The notes beneath the pieces are model-generated. The model worked only from the letters and a program-made list of their open reading frames with translations, made no database searches and was not told where the DNA came from. Shown one piece after another: positions 1-7,563 of a stretch of 42,993 nucleotides of DNA. The position numbers and the translations under genes are program-made. Numbering within the stretch: the first letter of the stretch is position 1; every line of letters starts with the position of its first letter. This DNA comes from a virus (taxonomy: Duplodnaviria > Caudoviricetes). The DNA lies in the IMG/VR virus record IMGVR_UViG_3300010220_000126, positions 1 to 42,993 of that record. One strand, written 5' to 3'.

Positions 1-1620
1 AATTGCGGCACGAAGGGAGTGTCGGTATCGGTAGTTGCGTGCCCCCGCAACCACCGTTCCCCTACATTCGGCGGCATCCGGGCTGGACAGGCGCAACAGC
101 GCCGCCAACAGGCCGTGCACGGTGATCGTGACCGGCTCGCGAGGTCCGGCCGGGGTGATCTCCACGCGCTCGATTAGTTTCCGCACATCGGCGAAAAGGG
201 CTTGCCGGTCCGTGTCGTCGTCCAGGCTGGCGACATGCGCATGAAGGTCGGCGACGATTCGCCGATAGCGATCGGCCGCGCCCGGATGCAGCGCGACGGG
301 TTGGTCATCGGCGCCGATGCGATCCATCTCGGCTTGTAGGGCTTTGCGCTCGGCTTCCATGGTATCGAGGCGCGCGACCATCGCGTCGGGTGCCGTGCCG
401 GCGACGATCCTGTCAACGATCCGCTCGATACCCGTCGCCAGTTCGTGCAGCCGGCGGCGCTTGGTGTCGGTGTCGGCGCGTTCGGCCTTCATGAGGCGGG
501 TACGCTCGGCATGATAGGCGCGGACATATTCGGCGATAAGATCGGGTGCCGCCAATTGCTCTTGCAGCGCCGTCAAAACCCGCTCCTCGATATGCCGGCG
601 CGTGACGGTCCGGGTGTTGGTGCAATCGCCGCGCTCGCGATGGCCGGCACATCCGAGCCGGTCGCGGCCGATGACCGTATAGCTTGCGCCGCATGTGCCG
701 CATTTCAATAGGCCGCTCAAGACATGCGGCGGGCGCCGTGAACGTTCGGCCGGCCGGTGGCCACGGTCGGCTTTGATCGCGGTCACGGCGGCGAATGTGG
801 CGTCGTCGATGATACGCAGTTCGGGGGCGGGCGCGGTCATCCACTCGCTTTCCGGGTTCGGCCGCGACGTGCGCTTGCCGGTCGCCGGATTGACCACGAA
901 GCGCTGCCGATTCCAGACGATTTCACCGCAATAGAGCCGGTTTTGCAAAATGCCGTTTTGGCGTTGGCGACTGCCGTTGATGGTCGACGCATTCCACTTG
1001 CCGCCGCGCGGGCTCGCGATCTTGTTCGCATTCAAGCCGGCGGCGATCTGGCGTGGTGTGCGGCCGGCCGCATATTCGGAATAGATGCGGCGGACGATTG
1101 CCGCCTCGCGGTCGTTGACCACGAGCATGCCGGCCTTGCCGTCGACCAGGTCGTACCCATAAGAGCGTCCGCCCGCGTGGCGGCCGTCCTGGACGACGGC
1201 GCGCAAGCCGCGCTTCGTCTTTTGGGCAAGGTCCGCCAAGTAGAGTTCGCCCATGAGGCCTTTAATGCCGACATGGATCGCGCCGACTTCGCCGTCTTGG
1301 ACGGTGTGAATTTCGACGTCATGATAGACCAGCTCCTTACGGAGTTGGGCAAGGTCCGCTTGATCACGGCTGAGCCTGTCGAGGGCTTCGCAAATCAGGG
1401 TATCGAAGGTGCCGGCCGTCGCCGCGCGGCGCATGGCGGCAAGGCCGAAGCGGTTGACGGTGGACTTGCCGGATACTGCTTCATCGCGATAGGTGGCGAC
1501 GATCTCGAAACCTTGCCGGGCCGCCCAGGCGGAGCACAGGTCAATTTGATCGTCGCAGGACCGGTCATTTTGAAGGTCCGACGAAAACCGTGCATAGATC
1601 GCCGCGCGTTTCATTGTCAT
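1..1620 (-). CDS. int: Large serine recombinase (prophage integrase); 3' end runs off the window
   Basis: Hand translation from 1620: MTMKRAAIYARFSSDLQND...EALDRLSRDQAD...HVGIKGLMGELYLADLAQKTKRG...LSGLLKCGTCG...GC (catalytic Ser, recombinase domain, Zn ribbon), ending ...VVAGARNYRYRHSLRAAI at position 1 without a stop. Alternative start at 1614. Confidence 0.92.
   Translation of the reverse strand, partial: MTMKRAAIYARFSSDLQNDRSCDDQIDLCSAWAARQGFEIVATYRDEAVSGKSTVNRFGLAAMRRAATAGTFDTLICEALDRLSRDQADLAQLRKELVYHDVEIHTVQDGEVGAIHVGIKGLMGELYLADLAQKTKRGLRAVVQDGRHAGGRSYGYDLVDGKAGMLVVNDREAAIVRRIYSEYAAGRTPRQIAAGLNANKIASPRGGKWNASTINGSRQRQNGILQNRLYCGEIVWNRQRFVVNPATGKRTSRPNPESEWMTAPAPELRIIDDATFAAVTAIKADRGHRPAERSRRPPHVLSGLLKCGTCGASYTVIGRDRLGCAGHRERGDCTNTRTVTRRHIEERVLTALQEQLAAPDLIAEYVRAYHAERTRLMKAERADTDTKRRRLHELATGIERIVDRIVAGTAPDAMVARLDTMEAERKALQAEMDRIGADDQPVALHPGAADRYRRIVADLHAHVASLDDDTDRQALFADVRKLIERVEITPAGPREPVTITVHGLLAALLRLSSPDAAECRGTVVAGARNYRYRHSLRAAI
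15..70. repeat. Left attachment junction: 25-bp outer arm (15-39), 6-bp spacer, 25-bp phage arm (46-70)
   Basis: GTTGCG(T/A)GCCCCCGCAACCACCG is shared with 41320-41342 (22/23). Arm 46-70 is the reverse complement of 41301-41325 (22/25). Arm 15-39 is the reverse complement of 41332-41356 (23/25). Confidence 0.9.
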
Positions 1621-1756
1621 GATCCCGTTGCGCCTCGATCCGCGCCAATGTGCGTACAAGCTCGATGAGGGCAAGCCTATCATTGCCGTCGCCGCGCGCA
1701 AGCCCGGCCGGTGATCCGGCGTCGGGTGTGCGGTTCTTGGCGGCGCGGTCCGGCAT
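1565..1756 (-). CDS. Small protein overlapping the integrase start (candidate recombination directionality factor)
   Basis: 63 aa with helix LIELVRTLARIEAQRD; last gene of the leftward operon before int. Function inferred from position only. Confidence 0.45.
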   Translation of the reverse strand: MPDRAAKNRTPDAGSPAGLARGDGNDRLALIELVRTLARIEAQRDHDNETRGDLCTVFVGPSK

Positions 1757-1758
1757 GG

Positions 1759-2082
1759 TCAGTCGGTCCGGTCCTTTGCCGCGTTACGGATGTTGGCGGC
1801 GAAAAAGGTGATGACGTTGGCGGCGTTCTGGACATGCCGTGCCGCTTCGGAGATTGCTTCGGCGTCGGTGGCAAAGTCAGTCGCCGGGGTGCGTTCTTCG
1901 CGGGCGATCAATTGACGCTCATTGAAGATGTGCAGGCATCCCCGGTCATCTTCCACCGCGTAGCGAACTTCGCCCGATAGCTTCTCGATGACACCAACCA
2001 CGTGCCCTTCGAACCGATAGTCACCACCGGATTTCGAAACAGGGTCCAGGCGTTTGAACTTCGGGATCATAGGTCGTTCCAA
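1759..2082 (-). CDS. Hypothetical phage protein
   Basis: Tightly packed in the leftward operon; KSGGDYRFEGHVVGV..RYAVED small beta-rich motif. Confidence 0.65.
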   Translation of the reverse strand: MERPMIPKFKRLDPVSKSGGDYRFEGHVVGVIEKLSGEVRYAVEDDRGCLHIFNERQLIAREERTPATDFATDAEAISEAARHVQNAANVITFFAANIRNAAKDRTD

Positions 2083-2084
2083 AT

Positions 2085-2336
2085 CTAGTTTGCGGAGGTG
2101 TGGAATGGGCCGTCATCTTCGTTCCAGCGTGAGAGTGTTTCTTTCATTGCTGCCTTGGATTGTTCGCGGTCGGTGTTTGAAACGTACTGGCTGCGATGGC
2201 CGCCCCATGTGAAGAGACTGAAAGGCACGCGCTTCCCGCCCGTGGCATTCTCAAGTTCCGTGTCGATCATCCGCGCGATCTTTTGCAGCGCCTTGGAGAT
2301 CGCAATGTTGTCGGCGAATGAAAGTTGATCACTCAT
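2085..2336 (-). CDS. Hypothetical phage protein
   Basis: 83 aa, ATGA overlap with the upstream gene, GGAGG RBS. Confidence 0.7.
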   Translation of the reverse strand: MSDQLSFADNIAISKALQKIARMIDTELENATGGKRVPFSLFTWGGHRSQYVSNTDREQSKAAMKETLSRWNEDDGPFHTSAN

Positions 2337-2587
2337 TCTTCAATCCTCCCGTTTGGAAACAAATGCTGGTCGGCAAGGGTCCGACGCTCGTAGCCGAGTT
2401 CTTCAAGGACCAACCAACCGTCTTCGGTCGGAAAGTCCTGGTGATCGATCATGCCTGCGGCCTTCAAGCACTCGCATGCCTGACTTAGTGCCGCGCCCGG
2501 CCTTACCGTGGCGGCGTCGGCATAGCCCGCAAGCCAGATGAGGGCGCGTCTTTCAATATCGAGAAGTTGGCTTGACGTGCTGGTCAT
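2333..2587 (-). CDS. Hypothetical phage protein (MTSTSSQLLDIERRALIWL...)
   Basis: Start re-called at 2587 from the ATGA overlap with the upstream gene. Confidence 0.6.
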   Translation of the reverse strand: MTSTSSQLLDIERRALIWLAGYADAATVRPGAALSQACECLKAAGMIDHQDFPTEDGWLVLEELGYERRTLADQHLFPNGRIEE

Positions 2588-2817
2588 GGTTGGTCGCTCC
2601 GCTGGACAAACCGCAGCGCGTCCAGGAGTGCGGCAGCGCGGAACAGCACGCGGCCGTGCTCGCCAACGACTTGGAATTCCGACCAATGTTGTCGCTGTCC
2701 CGGCCGGGGGCTTGCCTCGCGGCGCGCGCGGCGCCGCACGATGGTGCCCTTGTAGGTGATGCGGTCGCCGCAGCGCATTAGTGCTTGCAGCTCGGCGACG
2801 TTGATCTCTGCCGTCAT
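2584..2817 (-). CDS. Hypothetical phage protein (MTAEINVAELQ...)
   Basis: TGATG overlap with the MazG-like gene; coupled to the downstream gene by ATGA. Confidence 0.6.
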   Translation of the reverse strand: MTAEINVAELQALMRCGDRITYKGTIVRRRARREASPRPGQRQHWSEFQVVGEHGRVLFRAAALLDALRFVQRSDQP

Positions 2818-3539
2818 CACGATTCCCCCTGCGGTTGCGGGCGCCACTTGGCGGCGCGATCGAGGCGTTCAATTTCGGCCATAGTGAGCGCGGCGGCCTT
2901 GACGAGGTTTCGGCGTCTGTCCGCTGGCTTCCACCACTCTCGCGACCACTCGCGCGGCCATTGGGCGGGTAGATTGTCGCCCAGAATAAGATTGTCGCCG
3001 GTGGCTTCCAGCGCGTAACAGGCGGCGGCTATGCTGAGTTCACCATACACGTGAGTATCATCGTGTTCGGCGGTCCATCCTTCTTCGCCGATCTGGCGAC
3101 AACGCTCGCGAGCGACGTCCACGAAGGCGCTTGCACGGACCTTAATCGTAGTGAGGTCAACGGTGGTCTCTGGCTCTTTTGCGCGGTCGGAGCTACGCTG
3201 ATCGGCTTCCGGTAATCTGGTCTGGAAGCCGTATTTCTCCGATGTCTTGTTGAACTTGCGCGCGACCGCAACGCTTAGGCCGATCCCCAGACGGGACGCG
3301 AGCAAATCGAGTGCAATCACGGCGTCCGCCATTTCGTCGGCGACGTCATCAAGGGTTGCGGTGCTGCCTGCAATGCCCCGTTCGGCCCGAAGAAATTTCT
3401 TTACTGCTTCGGCCACCTCGCCGAACTCGCCGGCGACTTCGATCGCCCTAAAGGCGACGTCCGCTTGCTCATTGCCCGGCCACTCCGTCTGCCGCGTTTC
3501 GTTGGCTTGGCGCAATGCGCCGAATGTGATGGTGCTCAT
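2817..3539 (-). CDS. MazG-like nucleotide pyrophosphohydrolase fused to a conserved phage domain
   Basis: N-terminal EVAGEFGEVAEAVKK...DEMADAVIALDLLA...ARKFNKT (MazG ExxE...ExxD). C-terminal ERCRQ..EGWTAEHDD..GELSIAAACYA..WWKP..RRNLVKAAAL..AEIERLDR domain. Confidence 0.8.
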   Translation of the reverse strand: MSTITFGALRQANETRQTEWPGNEQADVAFRAIEVAGEFGEVAEAVKKFLRAERGIAGSTATLDDVADEMADAVIALDLLASRLGIGLSVAVARKFNKTSEKYGFQTRLPEADQRSSDRAKEPETTVDLTTIKVRASAFVDVARERCRQIGEEGWTAEHDDTHVYGELSIAAACYALEATGDNLILGDNLPAQWPREWSREWWKPADRRRNLVKAAALTMAEIERLDRAAKWRPQPQGES

Positions 3540-4177
3540 GTGACGATGATCCGTTGAATGGCTTTCTCAAGCCGGTCGAACTCTTCGAAAAGCAAGGCGT
3601 GAGCTTCCTCCACCTTCTTCTTCCAGGCGTGCAGTGTTTGCTTGGCCGTCTCGATGTCGTGCCGCACCTGTTTCAGTTCGTTGTGATCGTCTGGCAGATC
3701 GTTGTGGTCCCGTGCCAGTTTGACATAGCCCCACGGCACGCCGATTTCTTTGGCGACGGTCTGGTCAGAACATCCGCCCACATATTGCTGCTTGCCGATG
3801 TCATAGCTGTCCAGGAGTGCCGCTAGAATCCTCTTTCGGAGGGGGGCGCCGATATCGAGGAACTGTTTTGGCGGCGCCGGCACATTCTCCGGTTTCTTCC
3901 CTGTGGCGTGGGCGACACATGCAGGGCATCTGTGCTTCGTCCAATCGTTCCCGATTTTCCAGCCACGCTTCGCCAGTTCGGTTGCTGTTTCGTCGTCCGT
4001 TGGCACGCGTTCCGGATAGGATACAACGCTTACCGGGCGCTTGCCTGACTTGGTGCGGCCGCTGCACTTTGGGTTGCCGCACCTTACATATTTTGCTGTG
4101 CGCTCGCTGCCCGATGTGGATTCGGTCTTCTGCCTGGTTTTGAACAAGCCGCCGGCCGGTGAGTCAGTCGTTTTCAT
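3536..4177 (-). CDS. Hypothetical protein with Cys motifs (CGNPKC, HRCPAC), possible HTH and C-terminal coiled coil
   Basis: 213 aa, RBS GAAGGG, ATGA overlap downstream. Confidence 0.7.
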   Translation of the reverse strand: MKTTDSPAGGLFKTRQKTESTSGSERTAKYVRCGNPKCSGRTKSGKRPVSVVSYPERVPTDDETATELAKRGWKIGNDWTKHRCPACVAHATGKKPENVPAPPKQFLDIGAPLRKRILAALLDSYDIGKQQYVGGCSDQTVAKEIGVPWGYVKLARDHNDLPDDHNELKQVRHDIETAKQTLHAWKKKVEEAHALLFEEFDRLEKAIQRIIVT

Positions 4178-4194
4178 AACGATCCCTTCTGGTT

Positions 4195-4220
4195 TGCGGC
4201 GCGCCCAAACGCGCGCCGCA
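4195..4220. other. Intergenic GC-rich hairpin
   Basis: TGCGGCGCGC-ccaaac-GCGCGCCGCA, perfect 10-bp stem; no U-tract on the transcribed (minus) strand. Confidence 0.5.
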
Positions 4221-4231
4221 TTAGATCCTGG

Positions 4232-5143
4232 TCAGGCTTCCGGGCTGCCCTCAAAGGTGGGCAAGGCGGTATCCGTCGCCACCTTGTCGAGGTCGGCGCG
4301 GACGCGCTCGGCAATGGCGAGATCGGGCCGATAAATCTGGTAGAACCAGACGATGTTGCCGCTGCGGACGCGATAGCGAAGCCGCACGGGGATTTCGATC
4401 ACCTCGCCTTCGATGAAGGGGGCAATGCGCAGCATGAACAGGCCGGGCACCTTGAGTGCCTTGCCTTTGGCGTCGTGGTGGCTTTCCTCAAACTGAATTT
4501 CGGATTCGCCGGATTGCAGTGTGGTTGCGTTTTTCACGGTCGACGCGACGAACACCTGAAGCCCGCGCGACAGCGTAATCAATTCGTTGGGGTTGGCGAA
4601 CTTGGTCGAAAACTGCGCTTCCCAATGCTTGCGGGCGGCTTCGGCCGGCGCGGCAAGATCGGCGATGCGATCCTCCACGAATGCGGCGAAATCCTCTTGC
4701 GCCATCGGTTCGCCGTTCATCTTCGCCCATATCTTCCAATCGTCGGACAGCGGGAAGCCGTAGACGATCCGGTGCTTGGCGTTGGCGGGAACGTGGTCGA
4801 CCTGGTGATAGTCGATGACGGCGGTAAAGGCGGGCTTCTGCCATGTGGTGTCGGCGAAGATCGCCGAATGCTCGCTCTTGTGGCGATCGACAAGGTCGAT
4901 AAAGCTCTGGATGGTGGTGGCATGGGCCGTGCCGGTGATCCGTTCGGGCCGCAGCCGGTAGGTTTCGAATGTGAGTGACACGTCGCCGATACCGGGGTCG
5001 TCGCCGTGCTTTATCACGACAGGGACTTTGTCCGGGACGCCGGTCAATTCCTTCGGCTTGGTGATCCAGCCGAGCTCGATCGCGTCGGCTTTCTTGCCAA
5101 GTTCGGCGATCTTCTCGACAGCGGTTGTCAGTTTCTCTTCCAT
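4232..5143 (-). CDS. DUF2303 (YfdQ-like) family protein
   Basis: TAVIDYH...KHR...LSDDWKIW...MAQEDFAAFVEDRI...F.L.IAPF..G......RLRYR pattern; 303 aa. Confidence 0.85.
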   Translation of the reverse strand: MEEKLTTAVEKIAELGKKADAIELGWITKPKELTGVPDKVPVVIKHGDDPGIGDVSLTFETYRLRPERITGTAHATTIQSFIDLVDRHKSEHSAIFADTTWQKPAFTAVIDYHQVDHVPANAKHRIVYGFPLSDDWKIWAKMNGEPMAQEDFAAFVEDRIADLAAPAEAARKHWEAQFSTKFANPNELITLSRGLQVFVASTVKNATTLQSGESEIQFEESHHDAKGKALKVPGLFMLRIAPFIEGEVIEIPVRLRYRVRSGNIVWFYQIYRPDLAIAERVRADLDKVATDTALPTFEGSPEA

Positions 5144-5190
5144 GGTGTGCCTCTTCTCGGTTCAAGGTTGAGCGTGTGGTGGTGTGTCCG

Positions 5191-5544
5191 CTATTCAGCG
5201 GCTTCCGTGTCTGTTTCGACGGCGTGGGGCGGGTCGAACATGTTCTGTTGACGCGGATGTTCGTTCGACAGCGCGCCGTCGTCGGTGAGGAAAAAGAAGT
5301 CGCGGTCGCGGGGCTTCTTGGGCCGCTTTGACGAAATCTCCCCAGACACAAGAGCCGTGCCGTTCTCGACTTCGAAGTCGATCTTGAGCGTCACCGACCC
5401 TTTCGCCTTGGCCTTCGGCCGGTCGGCGACGTGCTCCTTCAGCTCGGCTAAGGTTTCGGTGATCTCAGTGGAGAGTTCGGCGGCAAGTTGGCCGCCCTCA
5501 AGCGACCCGATGATTGTTTGTGCATCGCGGATGCGCTGCGCCAT
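5191..5544 (-). CDS. Conserved phage protein that usually precedes DUF2303 genes
   Basis: KAKGSVTLKIDF...SKRPK....FFFLTDDGALSNEHPRQQNMF; GGAGG RBS. Confidence 0.8.
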   Translation of the reverse strand: MAQRIRDAQTIIGSLEGGQLAAELSTEITETLAELKEHVADRPKAKAKGSVTLKIDFEVENGTALVSGEISSKRPKKPRDRDFFFLTDDGALSNEHPRQQNMFDPPHAVETDTEAAE

Positions 5545-5935
5545 GGTGTGGCCTCCTGTCTGTTGGGTGAGGGGTTTCCGCCGCGATCGCGGCCGTGTCG
5601 TTGTTCTCGATCCACGCGCGCCAATCGGTCGCCAAGGCGACGGCGGCGGTCACCTTGTCGCGAGCGGCCGGCGCGGTCGTGGCATTCGCCAGCACCTTGT
5701 CGATTGCCGCCACGCCGGAATGGACGTGCGACGGGCTGCGGCCGAACATATCCGCGGCCGCATTGAACGGCGTTCCAAACACCCGCCGCGCGAGAAACAT
5801 CGCGACATTGCGGGCGTGGCTGACAGGCCGCGTGCTGCGGCGCCGATTGGTGATCTCAAAAACCGGCACGTTGTAGACCTTGGCGACGACTGCCAAGGAC
5901 AGGGCATGCGCGGTTTCTTTGGTGATTGGTGTCAT
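5498..5935 (-). CDS. DnaA C-terminal (domain IV)-like HTH DNA-binding protein
   Basis: VVAKVYNVPVFEITNRRRSTRPVSHARNVAMFLARRVFGTPFNAAADMFGRSPSHVHSGV resembles DnaA domain IV; start re-called at 5935 (ATGA overlap). Confidence 0.7.
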   Translation of the reverse strand: MTPITKETAHALSLAVVAKVYNVPVFEITNRRRSTRPVSHARNVAMFLARRVFGTPFNAAADMFGRSPSHVHSGVAAIDKVLANATTAPAARDKVTAAVALATDWRAWIENNDTAAIAAETPHPTDRRPHHGAAHPRCTNNHRVA

Positions 5936-6168
5936 GCGCCCGTCCGCCTTTGCCGTCGCTGCGACAGTTTGAGGTGGTCGGCGGCGAACCACGCTTCGGC
6001 GGTGGCGTCATCCGCCGCGCGCGCGCTCGGCAGGCGAAAGCGGACTAGGAACCGATCGGCCTTTTCCATGTGGTCGGCGCGGCCGATGACGAGGCCGGCG
6101 ACACCCATGGCGGTGATGGTCACATGATCGCCGATCAAGAATGCCATGCCGTCGGCACGCCGGGTCAT
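5932..6168 (-). CDS. Hypothetical phage protein
   Basis: 78 aa, ATGA-coupled on both sides. Confidence 0.6.
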   Translation of the reverse strand: MTRRADGMAFLIGDHVTITAMGVAGLVIGRADHMEKADRFLVRFRLPSARAADDATAEAWFAADHLKLSQRRQRRTGA

Positions 6169-6437
6169 CGCCGCTTCCCCAGGCGGGCGCGCAAGCGCGC
6201 GATGGCGTCTTCGATCTCGGCGCAGGCGCGCCGGCCTTCGGCGACGATCGCGTCAAGGCCGTCCGGTTCGTCAAGGAACCGCTCGATCCGCCATCCGCAG
6301 CCATCAACTCTGGTGACGACAGCCGAGCGTCGTTCGATGATCTGCGTTGGCGCGGTCGCGATGAAGGCGCCATCGTTGACGGGCACGGTACGCGGCTTGC
6401 CGTCTATGAGGATGCGGGTCACTTTGCTTTGGGACAT
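6165..6437 (-). CDS. Hypothetical phage protein, first gene of the leftward early operon
   Basis: 90 aa, directly downstream of the left operator pair. Confidence 0.6.
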   Translation of the reverse strand: MSQSKVTRILIDGKPRTVPVNDGAFIATAPTQIIERRSAVVTRVDGCGWRIERFLDEPDGLDAIVAEGRRACAEIEDAIARLRARLGKRR

Positions 6438-6493
6438 GAAACGAATCCGTATCGCTATCGCAAACAGCGCGGTGCGCTATTCGCGTAAAAAAC

Positions 6494-6538
6494 TCTAAAA
6501 ATTTTAGACTGTCAATGCAGAAATCTAAAAACTTTAGA
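6494..6538 (-). promoter_or_regulatory. Left operators/promoter (OL/PL-like)
   Basis: 15-bp palindromes TCTAAAAATTTTAGA (6494-6508) and TCTAAAAACTTTAGA (6524-6538) flank a minus-strand TTGACA (6510-6515). Confidence 0.85.
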
Positions 6539-6653
6539 GAATCATTTGAGGCGTGATTCGTTGGATGGCGGTGAAACGGCCATCTACCGAGGCATGAAAA
6601 ATCCGTTTGAAAACCAGCATTTACACCCCGCGAAATTCAGGGGATTGCCTTAT

Positions 6654-6668
6654 GTTCTTTAAATGTTC
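6654..6668 (+). promoter_or_regulatory. Alphaproteobacterial LexA (SOS) box
   Basis: GTTCtttaaatGTTC matches GTTC-N7-GTTC with an AT-rich spacer, in an intergenic region. Confidence 0.75.
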
Positions 6669-6707
6669 GTTGCTAAAGTATGAACAAACGTATGGGGAGG
6701 GATGGCA

Positions 6708-6944
6708 ATGAACGACGACGAAAGACTTGATTTAATAATTCAAACGGCTTTGTCTGGGCCGCTGACAGTAGATGTATTGGAAATTTTAAGTAGAGGGTTG
6801 TCTGATATGGCTTTAATCATATTGTGTGGCAACGTTTCTAAGCTGCCGGTAAAAATAAAATCGAGCGAAATGTTGAACGCAGAGCGCAGCTTTATTGCGC
6901 CTTGGATGGAAATGCGAAAGCCTCCACTTTCCCACTGTGAGTAA
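6708..6944 (+). CDS. Putative SOS-controlled ORF antisense to the repressor
   Basis: RBS GGGGAGGG a few nt before ATG 6708 (alternative start 6702), downstream of the LexA box; overlaps the repressor 3' two-thirds on the opposite strand. Confidence 0.4.
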   Translation: MNDDERLDLIIQTALSGPLTVDVLEILSRGLSDMALIILCGNVSKLPVKIKSSEMLNAERSFIAPWMEMRKPPLSHCE

Positions 6945-7072
6945 GATTTCGGAGATACGCCAGCGGCTTCCGCAAAGTCCTTTTGCTTCATGCCGAAAAA
7001 ACCTTCGCGGACGGCTCGAAGGCGTCCGGCAATGTCGGCATATTGCCCTGTGGGTGTGCGGCTCTTTTTCAT
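6740..7072 (-). CDS. Prophage repressor, XRE/HTH_3 family, without an S24 peptidase domain
   Basis: RLRAVRE..GMKQKDFAEAAGVSPKSYSQWESG....SLDFIFTG; divergent from cro; only 110 aa. Confidence 0.88.
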   Translation of the reverse strand: MKKSRTPTGQYADIAGRLRAVREGFFGMKQKDFAEAAGVSPKSYSQWESGGFRISIQGAIKLRSAFNISLDFIFTGSLETLPHNMIKAISDNPLLKISNTSTVSGPDKAV

Positions 7073-7090
7073 GGCATGGACTCTAGAGAC

Positions 7091-7150
7091 TCTAAAAAAA
7101 TTAGCATCCCAAATGATTTTCCATTGACATAAGTCTAAAAATTTTAGATT
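7091..7150 (+). promoter_or_regulatory. Right operators/promoter (OR/PR-like)
   Basis: TCTAAAAAAATTAGC (7091-7105) and TCTAAAAATTTTAGA (7134-7148, identical to 6494-6508) flank TTGACA (7124-7129). Confidence 0.85.
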
Positions 7151-7158
7151 TCTGTCGC

Positions 7159-7500
7159 ATGGATGATGTTCGTGAGATCATTTCGGCGATCGGGCGGCGC
7201 GCGTTAGGCGAAGCGCTTGGCGTTGGCGTGGGGACCGTGAGTGCGGCGGCGGCGGCGGGGTCATTCCCGGCGGCCTGGTATCCGACGGTTCGGAAGCTGG
7301 CACGCAAAGCGGACATCGCCGTTCCTGATTCCCTTTTCAATTGGCGCCGCGCGGAAGATGCGGCGGAAATCCACAACAGTTGTGGCGCGGCCGGTGCAGA
7401 GGTCGCGCCGGCCGATCCTCCTGACGGCGGTCGCGATGCCGCCAACTTGGCCGGGGCGCCTGCGGGTGCCCCGGTCCTTTCATCCGACGCGGCCGAATAG
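7159..7500 (+). CDS. Cro-like transcriptional regulator
   Basis: IISAIGRRALGEALGVGVGTVSAA...FPAAWY; first rightward gene with no obvious RBS (possibly leaderless). Confidence 0.75.
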   Translation: MDDVREIISAIGRRALGEALGVGVGTVSAAAAAGSFPAAWYPTVRKLARKADIAVPDSLFNWRRAEDAAEIHNSCGAAGAEVAPADPPDGGRDAANLAGAPAGAPVLSSDAAE

Positions 7501-7563
7501 GGCGCGACACGACCAAAGCACGGCGGCGCATGCTGCGCAGCGAAAAACGAGGCCAGGATTATC

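Noticed and set aside
15-70. A complete tRNA gene at either att junction
   Set aside because: Only the last 13 nt of tRNA-fMet are present; no T-arm, anticodon arm or D-arm precedes them.
174-1595. Short minus-strand ORFs suggesting a fragmented integrase pseudogene
   Set aside because: They are off-frame. The true frame (1620 to 1) reads as a continuous serine recombinase and is missing from the track only because its stop lies outside the window.
757-1668. 303-aa plus-strand ORF
   Set aside because: In-register antisense shadow of the integrase, with no coupling to neighbours and no motif.
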